From contig DOKP01000084.1 in NCBI GenBank assembly GCA_003510795.1, positions 1-33,865 on the forward strand: a stretch of 33,865 nt of DNA. Reading direction: 5' to 3'. The translations under genes were made by a program, and so were the position numbers. Positions 24,156-32,653 of the stretch are shown here, one piece after another. The notes beneath the pieces are model-generated. The model was not told where the DNA came from and made no database searches. It saw only the letters and a program-made list of their open reading frames with translations. The number at the start of each line of letters is the position of its first letter. The first letter of the stretch is position 1. This stretch comes from Candidatus Moraniibacteriota bacterium. GTDB lineage: Bacteria; Patescibacteriota; Minisyncoccia; Moranbacterales; UBA9337.

Positions 24156-25010
24156 CTATCGGCAACCTTCCATTTCACTTCCCCAAGTCTGTCTTTCCAC
24201 TGTTTTAGATTTTAAATCTCCACTGCCCATCTGAGTTAATACTTTGAAAAAGTTTGTCGGCCCAGAATCCGCCCAAGTCTTATCAGTTGATTCTCTAGCG
24301 TCATCACCTCCCATACTTGTGCTTATATATCTTCTGGCATTAAATCTAACTTTTGCGATATTCTTTTTAGCTACTGCATCAGTAAATAATGCCTTCATTA
24401 CATCGAAATTCATCTGCTTTGCTAGGGCACAGCTTCCTGCATCTGTATTTATGACAACTTCAAATGGGGATACTGCTTTAACATTTGGATTTTTACCGAA
24501 CAATGACACCTCGTAATTAGCTCCTATATTTTTAACAATAGTTTCAATTCTCTCTTTTGGCTCTGTTGGCAAATTCTGAGCTACCTTGCTTTCAACTGGT
24601 TGCACTGCTTGCTGAGTTTTAGCAAGTTTTCCCTCTGCCTCTTCTGTTTGTATCTTGTAAGTCGAAAATGAAATAATCAAACTGACAGCTACACTACCTA
24701 AGATTATAAGCATTATATACAAACCGACTCTGGAAGTTTTTTGAGGAACTTGAGGTGCTATTTGAATTTCTGGATTATTTTGCTGTTCTGCCATTAACTT
24801 TTGCCCCATCGGAGTATCTGTTGGGATCATATTTTCGCTTCCGCATTTTGGACAAACATTTTTCTTGGCACCGCCTCGACTCCAGATTGAGTAGACAATG
24901 CCTGGGATTAAGAAGAAACACCATAGTATAAATTCAACGAGTCCATTTCCCCTTGCTTTTTTGTTCATTTCGCCTGCGTATCCGCAGAGCGTGCAGATTA
25001 GATTCGACAT
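24156..25010 (-). CDS. Membrane protein with an N-terminal split zinc ribbon flanking a TM hairpin
   Basis: CTLCGYAG...(LVEFILWCFFLIPGIVYSIW)...CPKCGS, a second TM (LYIMLIILGSVAVSLIISF), then a soluble C-terminal domain. Confidence 0.6.
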   Translation of the reverse strand: MSNLICTLCGYAGEMNKKARGNGLVEFILWCFFLIPGIVYSIWSRGGAKKNVCPKCGSENMIPTDTPMGQKLMAEQQNNPEIQIAPQVPQKTSRVGLYIMLIILGSVAVSLIISFSTYKIQTEEAEGKLAKTQQAVQPVESKVAQNLPTEPKERIETIVKNIGANYEVSLFGKNPNVKAVSPFEVVINTDAGSCALAKQMNFDVMKALFTDAVAKKNIAKVRFNARRYISTSMGGDDARESTDKTWADSGPTNFFKVLTQMGSGDLKSKTVERQTWGSEMEGCR

Positions 25011-25029
25011 TTTTATTATTGTTAATTAA

Positions 25030-25485
25030 TTAAATGTTTTTAATTTGTTTATTAAATTCATAAATACTTTTAAACTCTTTCGCATTATTTTTGGTTAATT
25101 TCAATCCCCATTCAGGCTTACTTTTTTTATTTTCGTAATCATTATCACAGAAATATTTATGTTCCATAGTATTCCATTCTAGCGATGGCACAAGGCACAA
25201 TGTCGGCAGTGCATCTTCTTCAAAAATAATTAATGCCAAGATCATATTTTCTCTAAGATGGAAAACTTCTTTTCGCATAAATACATAGTTGTAGTTTCTC
25301 ACCGATTTTACTTGAATATCATAATGTTCACTATCATTTTTCCTAATCACAAAATCTATGCCCTTATCATCTACCTCTGAAGTGTAAACATCAAAGCCAG
25401 CTTTGGTAAATTCCATCTTGGCAAAATACTCGCCATATTTTCCCAGTTGCAGATGACTTAATTTTGACCAGTTGTTGTTTTCCAT
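25030..25485 (-). CDS. Small PD-(D/E)xK-like (restriction-endonuclease-fold) protein
   Basis: GKYGEYFAKMEFTKAGFDVY...DDKGIDFVI...YDIQVKS resembles the G..GE...helix, D and (E/Q)xK layout of YraN/Hjc/DUF4365-type nucleases, here with Gln in place of the acidic residue. Confidence 0.45.
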   Translation of the reverse strand: MENNNWSKLSHLQLGKYGEYFAKMEFTKAGFDVYTSEVDDKGIDFVIRKNDSEHYDIQVKSVRNYNYVFMRKEVFHLRENMILALIIFEEDALPTLCLVPSLEWNTMEHKYFCDNDYENKKSKPEWGLKLTKNNAKEFKSIYEFNKQIKNI

Positions 25486-25501
25486 ATTATTTTTTTATAA
25501 C

Positions 25502-25531
25502 AAAAAGGGACAACCCTTAATTGGATTGCCC
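25502..25531 (-). terminator. Intrinsic terminator 16 nt upstream of the 25485 ATG
   Basis: On the minus strand, GGGCAAUCC-aauuaa-GGGUUGUCC (9 bp including 2 G-U pairs), then C and UUUUU. Confidence 0.6.
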
Positions 25532-25641
25532 TAGCCGACAAAGACTGGTAACGCACCTTTCAGAGTTGCCCCTTACTATGCGTTACCTAAAAACTTCGCA
25601 ATGATTAGTTGCTTTATTTTTTGTCGGCTAGGTATTTAATT
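25502..25641 (-). ncRNA. Candidate ~140-nt structured RNA (leader, riboswitch-like element or sRNA) with its own promoter and terminator
   Basis: A locally GC-rich segment. 12-bp P1 CCUAGCCGACAA/UUGUCGGCUAGG (25621-25632 with 25530-25541). 9-bp P3 GGUAACGCA/UGCGUUACC (25579-25587 with 25547-25555). Small hairpin GCAA-N7-UUGC. Terminator at the 3' end. Confidence 0.45.
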
Positions 25642-25647
25642 AACTTC

Positions 25648-25676
25648 ATATTACCTTCTTAAAGAGCTTTGGTCAA
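25648..25676 (-). promoter_or_regulatory. Promoter driving the structured RNA
   Basis: On the minus strand, TTGACC (25671-25676), a 17-nt spacer and TAATAT (25648-25653). It abuts the Int2 stop codon and shares gaaggTAATAT with the 9923 promoter. Confidence 0.55.
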
Positions 25677-26537
25677 TCAGTTTATCTCCGCCAGCCTCAC
25701 CTCCTTTCTCAATTTTGATTTGTCTATATGTAAATATCTTTCAGTTGTTGAAATATTTTTATGCCCTGCTAGAATCTGAATTGTTTTTAAATTTACACCC
25801 TTCTCTAACAGTCTCGAGCAAAAACTATGCCGTATGCTATGCACTGAAATATTTGGCTTTTTTATTCCAGCCAATTTTAAATACTTCTGAATAAGCATAC
25901 CTACTCTTCTTTGAGTAATTCTTTTTTTAAAACTGCTAAAAAACAATGGCTCGTCCATCTCCTTATTTTTATATGCCTGCTTAATTTTTCTTGCCAGCTT
26001 TGCGTTTATCGGAATGCTTTGTTTCTGTCCGCCTTTTCTTTTAATAATAATCGTCTTGGCTTTTGCATCAATATCGCCTGCATCCAAATTAACCAGTTCT
26101 GAAATGCGAATACCAGTCTCAATGAAAATAGTCACTATTAACTCATTTCTTTTTTGATGTTTAGATTTATCTTTTTTAATAATTCCAATTAGTTTTTTTA
26201 ATTCAGCCTCGGTCAAATAACTCGGTTCTTTTTCTTTAACTTTAGGCATCGCAATATTTTTGACTGGATTATTCTTTATCAAATTCTCGCTTTCTAAAAA
26301 TTGAAAGAAATTCTTGAGTGAAGTAAGTTTTCTCCTTCTCGTAATTGGCTGGTTATTTTTCTCCGCTAAAAAGCAAAGGAACTCACGAATGTGAGCCCTT
26401 GCCAATTTGTTAAATGATGACTTTTTAATGAATTTGACGAATTCCGATAAGTCTCGAGTGTAAATCTCAATAGTTCTTTCGCTTAAGACTTTTTCTATGC
26501 GAAGATAATCCAAATATTGTTTTATGTATTTTTGCAT
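25677..26537 (-). CDS. Tyrosine recombinase, XerC/D-like (Int2)
   Basis: ETGIRISEL, HSIRHSF and LAGHKNISTTERYLH. Confidence 0.9.
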   Translation of the reverse strand: MQKYIKQYLDYLRIEKVLSERTIEIYTRDLSEFVKFIKKSSFNKLARAHIREFLCFLAEKNNQPITRRRKLTSLKNFFQFLESENLIKNNPVKNIAMPKVKEKEPSYLTEAELKKLIGIIKKDKSKHQKRNELIVTIFIETGIRISELVNLDAGDIDAKAKTIIIKRKGGQKQSIPINAKLARKIKQAYKNKEMDEPLFFSSFKKRITQRRVGMLIQKYLKLAGIKKPNISVHSIRHSFCSRLLEKGVNLKTIQILAGHKNISTTERYLHIDKSKLRKEVRLAEIN

Positions 26538-26539
26538 AA

Positions 26540-26594
26540 TATGTGTCTCTTTACTCGTTGTGACACATAATAGCTCTTAGCTAGATTAAGTCAA
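26540..26594 (-). promoter_or_regulatory. Promoter of Int2 with an overlapping inverted repeat
   Basis: On the minus strand, TTGACT (26589-26594), a 16-nt spacer and TATTAT (26567-26572). The inverted repeat tatgtgtc-N14-gacacata (26540-26569) overlaps the -10 and ends 3 nt from the ATG. Confidence 0.5.
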
Positions 26595-27060
26595 ATGCCT
26601 CAATTTCGGCTAGAATTCGCCTAGTAATTCCAGCATTGTTTGCTTCCAGTAACCTGTTTCTATCTGAGGAAATTTTTGAGACTAAGCCTTTTTTCATATC
26701 TACCACGATATAAAAATCCATTCCGCTGTCAAAATAAAATTTACTATCAATAAATCTCACTACAGCTTTTTCATTAATTGCTTCCAATAAATCAAATACC
26801 AAAAGCGTTTGCAATTTTCCAAAATCGCAAGGATGGCATTCGATATCCACCAGATTCTCATTGGGATAAAAATTTATTTCGCAAGAAACTATAATCTTGC
26901 CTTCTTCGTTGCTAATGCGAAACGATACAATATCCTTAGCTTCTTGGATAATTTTATGATACAAATGTTTATACTCGGAATTTTTCTTTTTCGCATTTAA
27001 TAAATTATGCACAAATTTATCTTGCGTCACTGAATTTAAAAACTTAATTTTTATGGTCAT
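26581..27060 (-). CDS. Hypothetical protein
   Basis: A 159-aa ORF in the phage-like module. No motif recognised. Confidence 0.5.
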   Translation of the reverse strand: MTIKIKFLNSVTQDKFVHNLLNAKKKNSEYKHLYHKIIQEAKDIVSFRISNEEGKIIVSCEINFYPNENLVDIECHPCDFGKLQTLLVFDLLEAINEKAVVRFIDSKFYFDSGMDFYIVVDMKKGLVSKISSDRNRLLEANNAGITRRILAEIEAFDLI

Positions 27061-27185
27061 ATTTGTTATTTTATTTCAAATTAAAAGGATACATAACATA
27101 CATTATGCGAACATTCTATAAATTAGATAAATCACCAATGTGGATACGCTGTAGCCATAGATGTTTATGAATAACTCGCTCATAG

Positions 27186-28718
27186 TTATTGATATTTTCT
27201 CCACTCTTCTAATTCTCTGAGAGTGGGGAAATTGTTTTTAGGATTAATAATCTCTATTTTCTCTTTACTTTTAACTCTTGCTAAATTAGGCTTTTTTTCT
27301 TCTCTTAACTGTTCTTGAAATTTATCAATGCTGGGTGCATCAGTAATAATGAATCCCGCTTCGATTTTTCTCACTCCTGATATCTGCATCAACGCCACTG
27401 ACAGAGCCATGGCGTGGTCTGAATACTGCGAGCTGGGATGGTCAAAGCGATAACCGTAACTTTTTTGAAAAAGATTCAAAGATAACAGTTCTCTTTCCAG
27501 TTGCTTGTGCGGAAAAAATTTCACCAATCCGTTATGGATAAAATAATATAAGTTACGACTTAACTTCTCCACATTGGAACCAGTAAAAGTAAATTCTTCA
27601 ATCTTGCAATATCGCTTCAATCTTTCAATTGTTCCTTTTAAATTCCACGGGTCAACTATAATATTAAGCTTTGGGAAATTTTTGGAAGCGATAAGCATAT
27701 CTTCTTCAATATCGACAATTTTTACTGGATTATTTCTATCCCCTGACCATGTCCTGATATCATCCACAATCACAACGCCCGACTCTTTATCTTGGTGAAG
27801 TATCACTGAAACTGTGCGGTCTTTGACTAAGCCAAGGTCACATCCATAATAATATTCGTTACTTTCCTCACCTTTGAACTTTGGTTTAAGAAATTCATCT
27901 CGGCATTGCATCACATCCTCTCTGGTAAAAAAACTATTTTCTCCAGCTGTCCATTTATTTTCCCAAAATCTCTGAAACACTGCTGGCGGAAGTTCTCGTC
28001 TTCGCTCTTCTATAAATTCTTTGGTTATCCAACTTACTTGCGGTTTATGCGACCAATGAAAATACATTTTTGGATTTTCCTTATTTAATCCTTTTTCATA
28101 TAGTTCAAAAAGGGGAGTGACGGTATTCGTTCCCGCGTAAGTCACAATGAATCGAAGGGGTTGTTTTCTCGTTGGAGAAAATTGCAGAGCATCCAACAAA
28201 TCTCTATTCTTTTGACTCCAAATTTCATCCCCTATAACTACCTGCGGATTTAAGCCGTGTGCCGAGAAGCTATCTGAACTCAATACCTTATAAATATTGC
28301 CTGTCGAAGGGACAACAATTGAATCACGATAAATTTTTACGCTGTCTAACAATATCGGATTTCTCTCAATGGCTTTTTTGGTTTTACTCCAAATAATAGA
28401 AGCTTGGTCTTTATCTGATGCGATAGAATAAATTTCATTTGGCTCGTCAAAGATAGGGTCGCAAAATAGCATATACAGAGCTACGCCCGAAGCTAAACTG
28501 GATTTGCCCGACTTCTTAATCATTCCAATAAGAGCATCGTTATATATCCTAAGCCCATTTTTATCTTTGGTTTGAAATATATCATTTAGAATTTTTTTCT
28601 GAATCGGCTCCAATACTATCGCCCTACCACTTTCCAAAAAATATTGCTCTTCTAAAAAAACGCATATATCATTTTGATACTCAATAAGTTTCTCCGTCGT
28701 TATCGGTTGCATCTTCAT
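27186..28718 (-). CDS. Phage terminase large subunit
   Basis: P-loop GMIKKSGKSS, Walker B VVIGDEIW, a size of about 510 aa, and a position directly after a small-terminase-like gene. Confidence 0.75.
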   Translation of the reverse strand: MKMQPITTEKLIEYQNDICVFLEEQYFLESGRAIVLEPIQKKILNDIFQTKDKNGLRIYNDALIGMIKKSGKSSLASGVALYMLFCDPIFDEPNEIYSIASDKDQASIIWSKTKKAIERNPILLDSVKIYRDSIVVPSTGNIYKVLSSDSFSAHGLNPQVVIGDEIWSQKNRDLLDALQFSPTRKQPLRFIVTYAGTNTVTPLFELYEKGLNKENPKMYFHWSHKPQVSWITKEFIEERRRELPPAVFQRFWENKWTAGENSFFTREDVMQCRDEFLKPKFKGEESNEYYYGCDLGLVKDRTVSVILHQDKESGVVIVDDIRTWSGDRNNPVKIVDIEEDMLIASKNFPKLNIIVDPWNLKGTIERLKRYCKIEEFTFTGSNVEKLSRNLYYFIHNGLVKFFPHKQLERELLSLNLFQKSYGYRFDHPSSQYSDHAMALSVALMQISGVRKIEAGFIITDAPSIDKFQEQLREEKKPNLARVKSKEKIEIINPKNNFPTLRELEEWRKYQ

Positions 28719-29289
28719 CGTCTTGGATTATGATCTCAGCCATTTTATTTTTTGTTAGACTGGCTCGCTGGAGAGCTTCTGCAAAACAAAATGACTGCAC
28801 ATTGGTTAAATTAAGTCTCGCTCTTGCCTGAGGTCCGATACCTAATGCATCCGCTTGTTTCAACACTATTCGCTCATAGTTGATTTTCATTGCCATTATG
28901 GGCTGAACGTCCAATCCTGATTCTTTGGCTTGGAAAGGGCCGATATTTGCCACCCAGCGTTCAATTATTATAAGGAAGCAGTAATTTTTAACGAATCTGT
29001 CCACTATATATTTATCTATGGGCTTTATATACTCTAGAGCAAATATTTCTTCATAAATCTCATCTTGAAGCTCCAAGATAGCCCGGCAATGCTTCTGGTC
29101 TTTTTTAAATTGCTCGCATTCAGAAGAAAAGATGCATTGATTGCAACTAGGTACTGGTGCAATATTTTTTCTGAAAAATTCAAAAGCTCCGTGTTTTCTT
29201 TGCACCTCAAGATTGTTTTTAACAGCACTTAATCCCTCTTCTGAAAAATTACGAACTGCGGTTTTCGATTTTGATTTATATATTGCCAT
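28681..29289 (-). CDS. Putative terminase small subunit (P27-family-like)
   Basis: It overlaps the TerL start by 38 nt. The C-terminal QADALGIGPQARARLNL resembles the conserved tail of P27-type small terminases. Confidence 0.45.
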   Translation of the reverse strand: MAIYKSKSKTAVRNFSEEGLSAVKNNLEVQRKHGAFEFFRKNIAPVPSCNQCIFSSECEQFKKDQKHCRAILELQDEIYEEIFALEYIKPIDKYIVDRFVKNYCFLIIIERWVANIGPFQAKESGLDVQPIMAMKINYERIVLKQADALGIGPQARARLNLTNVQSFCFAEALQRASLTKNKMAEIIIQDDEDATDNDGETY

Positions 29290-29292
29290 TTT

Positions 29293-29925
29293 CTATTTTT
29301 GCTTTAAATAAAGGTCGCATAATAAGTATAATTTCTCACCCCTGTTTTTTCCTTCGATTTTTTCCAGAACTCCGCTGATGAATTCTCCCTGCTGTTTTGA
29401 TACAGCAAAATTTATTATCACTGGTATTTCTTTTTCTCTTTCCACTGAATCTTTTCTGATTTTTTCCATAAATTCTTCGGTTACCTGTGTAAGCGATAAC
29501 TTATCTTTCAAATCTGCTACTCCAAAACCTAGCTTGCTCGATAATTCCTCCAGCGTGTATTTATTGTTAAGCTCTGTTATAAGTTTTGCTAGCTTTAACG
29601 GATTTATTTCGCCTCGTTTAGAATTAAGGGCTATGGTTACTATTTTCTGGTGGTCTTCATCTTTCGGATTAAAAACAGTAATAGGAATCTTTTTAAAGTT
29701 AAGCAAAGTTGCAGCTCGCCAACGATGATAACCGTCTATAATTTCAAACTTTCCATTTTTATTTTCTGCAACAATGACTGGTTGTCCTATCCAACCATTT
29801 TCCTTAAAATCCTCCATTAAGCTTTTGAATGTTCCATCCCCCATAATGTTTGGGTTATATTTATTGGGCATCACCTCAGTAGTTTTTACCATTATAATTT
29901 CTGAATAAATTTTTTCTTTGCTCAT
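29293..29925 (-). CDS. ParB-like nuclease (ParB N-terminal) domain protein
   Basis: YNPN...GQPVIV...IIDGYHRWRAA. Confidence 0.75.
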   Translation of the reverse strand: MSKEKIYSEIIMVKTTEVMPNKYNPNIMGDGTFKSLMEDFKENGWIGQPVIVAENKNGKFEIIDGYHRWRAATLLNFKKIPITVFNPKDEDHQKIVTIALNSKRGEINPLKLAKLITELNNKYTLEELSSKLGFGVADLKDKLSLTQVTEEFMEKIRKDSVEREKEIPVIINFAVSKQQGEFISGVLEKIEGKNRGEKLYLLCDLYLKQK

Positions 29926-29926
29926 A

Positions 29927-30994
29927 TTATTTTGTTACGATTAAATATTCTACACAGTCTTCTTGTTTTTTGCCTGACTTGGATGCGATATTATTTAACG
30001 CCCAAGTGTGCTCTAAAAAATACAAGTCTGCATCTCTGAACTTTTTAACTATTGCTAATAACTCTTCACCTCTTACGCCTGTTTCAGACACAGGATTGTA
30101 GCCCATACTTATGACCCATTTTGGAATAAATTCTGAAAGAGCAAACAGCTTCTCAAAATTTTCTAACACATCTTTGGTATTAAAGGCTTTGTCATCTATT
30201 TTTACTCCCGTTTTTTCTTCCAATATTTCATCCAACACTTTGTAATGGCTGGAATACATCGTGGAATTATAGTAAGGGCTATCAAAATATGCCGTGTCTA
30301 TTTTCTCTCCTTTCTCTTTCATTAACTTTAGAAATTCGAAACAATCCATTTGATACATCTCATTCTCCTTTCCATTGTTGAAAATCCCAGCATTAATTTG
30401 TTCTTTTAATCTGAGAAGTGAAGGCAATGGATGCGAAAGATTGTATTTTATTTTTTTGCCCCGCGATTCACTAGCCAGTTCCAAAAGTTCGATTTCTCTG
30501 TTTTCCAAAATCATCTCGTTATCCTGCTTTCCCACCTGAAAAGCTCCATATTGCCTCAACGATAAAATATATTTTACAACGAGCAATAATAGCAATTCTT
30601 TTTTGGGACTTTCTCTTTTTCTGGCATTGGCAAAAAAGTTATCCAAGTCTTTTGCTACTTTGGGAATAAATATTTTGGGTACATAATAATTTTTCTCTAT
30701 AAAACCATTATTATTTTCTGCGGGAATAAATAAACTATACACGTCCGCATCAGTCAATTTCACTGTACTATTTGAAATTAATGCATCTCCGATAATTTTG
30801 CTTCTATAGGCAATGTCATTGGAAATTACTCTCATACCTTTTTGTTTTCCCTTCAATGACACGCTTCCACCGCCGAAAAATACATCGCAAAGTGCTTCGC
30901 CTTGAAAATGAGAGCTTATAATTCCAGACATTTTTCTCTTGCCCCCTAAGAAGGGTAGCGTGGCATTATCAATCCTTAGATTATTACTTGCCAT
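29927..30994 (-). CDS. Dam-like (D12-class) N6-adenine DNA methyltransferase
   Basis: PFLGGKRK, FFGGGSV (motif I) and AYFDSPYY (a DPPY variant). The ATG at 30994 is preferred, because the ORF-track start at 31027 is TTG. Confidence 0.65.
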   Translation of the reverse strand: MASNNLRIDNATLPFLGGKRKMSGIISSHFQGEALCDVFFGGGSVSLKGKQKGMRVISNDIAYRSKIIGDALISNSTVKLTDADVYSLFIPAENNNGFIEKNYYVPKIFIPKVAKDLDNFFANARKRESPKKELLLLLVVKYILSLRQYGAFQVGKQDNEMILENREIELLELASESRGKKIKYNLSHPLPSLLRLKEQINAGIFNNGKENEMYQMDCFEFLKLMKEKGEKIDTAYFDSPYYNSTMYSSHYKVLDEILEEKTGVKIDDKAFNTKDVLENFEKLFALSEFIPKWVISMGYNPVSETGVRGEELLAIVKKFRDADLYFLEHTWALNNIASKSGKKQEDCVEYLIVTK

Positions 30995-31241
30995 CTTTTT
31001 TTGCCATTTCTTTCGCTTCTTTTTCAATTTCTGAAAACATAAAGCGACAAAGGATAGCGATTATTTTGCCTCGTCCAGATATTTCATATCTTTCTTTAAA
31101 ATATCTCTCCAGTTCCAAAAATAACTGCCGTTGCTCTTCGAAGAGGGATATAAATTCTTGGGAGAACTTACGATTGGTTACTTTAATATCTGAGTTTCTA
31201 ATTTTTTCTTCCAGTGTTTCCACTTCAATTTGTTTTTTCAT
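30984..31241 (-). CDS. Hypothetical small protein
   Basis: An 85-aa helical ORF with no motif. Confidence 0.4.
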   Translation of the reverse strand: MKKQIEVETLEEKIRNSDIKVTNRKFSQEFISLFEEQRQLFLELERYFKERYEISGRGKIIAILCRFMFSEIEKEAKEMAKKDGK

Positions 31242-31299
31242 ACTTGTTTAAATTATATTATTACTACTCTTTACTCTTTGCTTTGACTAAATTGTCGTG

Positions 31300-31662
31300 T
31301 CATTTGATTTTATTGCACAACTTTTTCAGTTTTGTGCATTTCGACTTTTCCTTTTCATATCTCCTCATCAAATTTGCTCTCTTTTTCTGAGCTACGCTTA
31401 AAGGCACTTTAAATATAATCGATGTTTTAAACAATTTTGAATAACGAATTTCTTTATAATTACCTAATGGAATATTCAAATCTTCATCCATTTTTACCAA
31501 ATATAATTCCCAATCCTGAAGGTATTTCTTGGGATTAGAATATTTTCCCAACCCTACAACATCTTGTTTAACTTTGCCCTCGTGTCTGTAGCTAAAAACT
31601 GCCTGATAAATTTCAGATATTACCCCATTCTTGAGTTTGACTTTTCTTTTTCTAATAAACAT
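31300..31662 (-). CDS. Basic hypothetical protein (possible small DNA-binding protein)
   Basis: A K/R-rich N-terminus, FIRKRKVKLKNG...YRHEGKVKQ, loosely like integrase arm-binding or Xis-type folds. The ATG is at 31662. Confidence 0.35.
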   Translation of the reverse strand: MFIRKRKVKLKNGVISEIYQAVFSYRHEGKVKQDVVGLGKYSNPKKYLQDWELYLVKMDEDLNIPLGNYKEIRYSKLFKTSIIFKVPLSVAQKKRANLMRRYEKEKSKCTKLKKLCNKIK

Positions 31663-31680
31663 ATCCAATAAAAAAATATT

Positions 31681-32643
31681 TTACCATTTATCTTTTCTAA
31701 GTTCTCCTTTAAAACTTTCCTCCCAACTCGTATGTGGGCCTCCTTGCTTATATCTCTTGCCTGTGTGCGGGTCAACTCCCTGCTTCTCGATAAAATCAAG
31801 AATTTTAACTAATTTCTCCTCGAATGTTTCCATATTTCCTACCGCGGGAATATATTTTCTTTTATCTTCAGAAACTTCTTTTTTTAAATCAAAAAACAAC
31901 TTTATAAATTGCTCCACTTTTTCTGTGCCATATTTTTTAATTAACCTTTTGCCTGCTTCTAAATTTTGGTTAACTTCAACTAATCCATCTTTACTTAATA
32001 TTGGAATAATTTTATCTGGCATTTCGTGTCCAAGTATTTTTTCAAAAAATTCACAAAGCTTGCTGGGCTGAAAGCTATTATTTTCAGTAATGCCTTCAAT
32101 ACTCTTATTGATACTTAAAGTGTTTTCTTTATTAGCACTTAAAGTGTTTTCTTTATTAGCACTGTAAGCATTTGTCGGTTGTTTTGGAATTGTTGTATTT
32201 TCTACTTGTTGGATTTCAGCGTTCTTGATTTCTTCTACTATAATTTTTTTAATCTTTTTATCGCATTCTTTTTTGATTAGCATACTTTCAACCTCTTCAG
32301 CTTTCTTTGTTGTCCAAATATAATTTAACTTTATATACCAACGTGCTATTTTGCCGTTCCTTCTTATCATTATTTTTTGGATAAGATTAGTATGTTCTAA
32401 AATTCTTTTAGCTCCAGTGAACTTGTCTCTCCCCCAACCTAATCCTTTTATGCAAAACTGGTCAGTTGCCTTTATTTGATTAGTTTTTTGCCATTTCGCC
32501 GTATAATAATAAAAACAATATAGGGATACAGCATCAGCACCATTCTTTTTAAAACGAAATAAATCGTGCAAAGTTCTTGTTGTTAACAGAACAATTTCAT
32601 CTTCAATCATAATTTTAGATTTTATTTCTTCTTTCTCATTCAT
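31681..32643 (-). CDS. Putative replication or DNA-binding protein of the mobile module
   Basis: An N-terminal wHTH-like region (FRFKKNGADAVSLYCFYYYTAKW...KGLGWGRDKFTGAKRILEHTNLIQ). It sits next to an integrase and contains a 24-bp tandem repeat. Confidence 0.35.
   Translation of the reverse strand: MNEKEEIKSKIMIEDEIVLLTTRTLHDLFRFKKNGADAVSLYCFYYYTAKWQKTNQIKATDQFCIKGLGWGRDKFTGAKRILEHTNLIQKIMIRRNGKIARWYIKLNYIWTTKKAEEVESMLIKKECDKKIKKIIVEEIKNAEIQQVENTTIPKQPTNAYSANKENTLSANKENTLSINKSIEGITENNSFQPSKLCEFFEKILGHEMPDKIIPILSKDGLVEVNQNLEAGKRLIKKYGTEKVEQFIKLFFDLKKEVSEDKRKYIPAVGNMETFEEKLVKILDFIEKQGVDPHTGKRYKQGGPHTSWEESFKGELRKDKW
32113..32160. repeat. 24-bp perfect tandem duplication inside the Rep-like gene
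   Basis: acttaaagtgttttctttattagc occurs twice, with a partial third unit at 32161-32168. It encodes ANKENTLS twice. Confidence 0.9.
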
Positions 32644-32653
32644 CAAGATTATT

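Noticed and set aside
25502-25641. Structured RNA as a retron msr/msd, a tRNA or tRNA fragment, or an integron attC site
   Set aside because: There is no reverse transcriptase anywhere in the window, although the 12-nt terminal inverted repeat is retron-like. There is no cloverleaf and no T-loop or anticodon-arm geometry. Int2 lacks integron-integrase features, and there is no cassette array with recurring attC-like sites.
27103-27183. 26-aa hydrophobic ORF (MSELFINIYGYSVSTLVIYLIYRMFA) starting 3 nt after the TerL stop, possibly a small membrane toxin or holin-like peptide
   Set aside because: There is no SD and the ORF is very short. Hydrophobic peptides arise easily in AT-rich spacers. It cannot be supported without conservation or ribosome-profiling data.
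28681-29289. Nested same-strand alternative-frame ORFs (29034..29228, 8836..9042, 22427..22657)
   Set aside because: They lie entirely inside longer ORFs that have family motifs or a conserved operon position, and they have no independent start signals.
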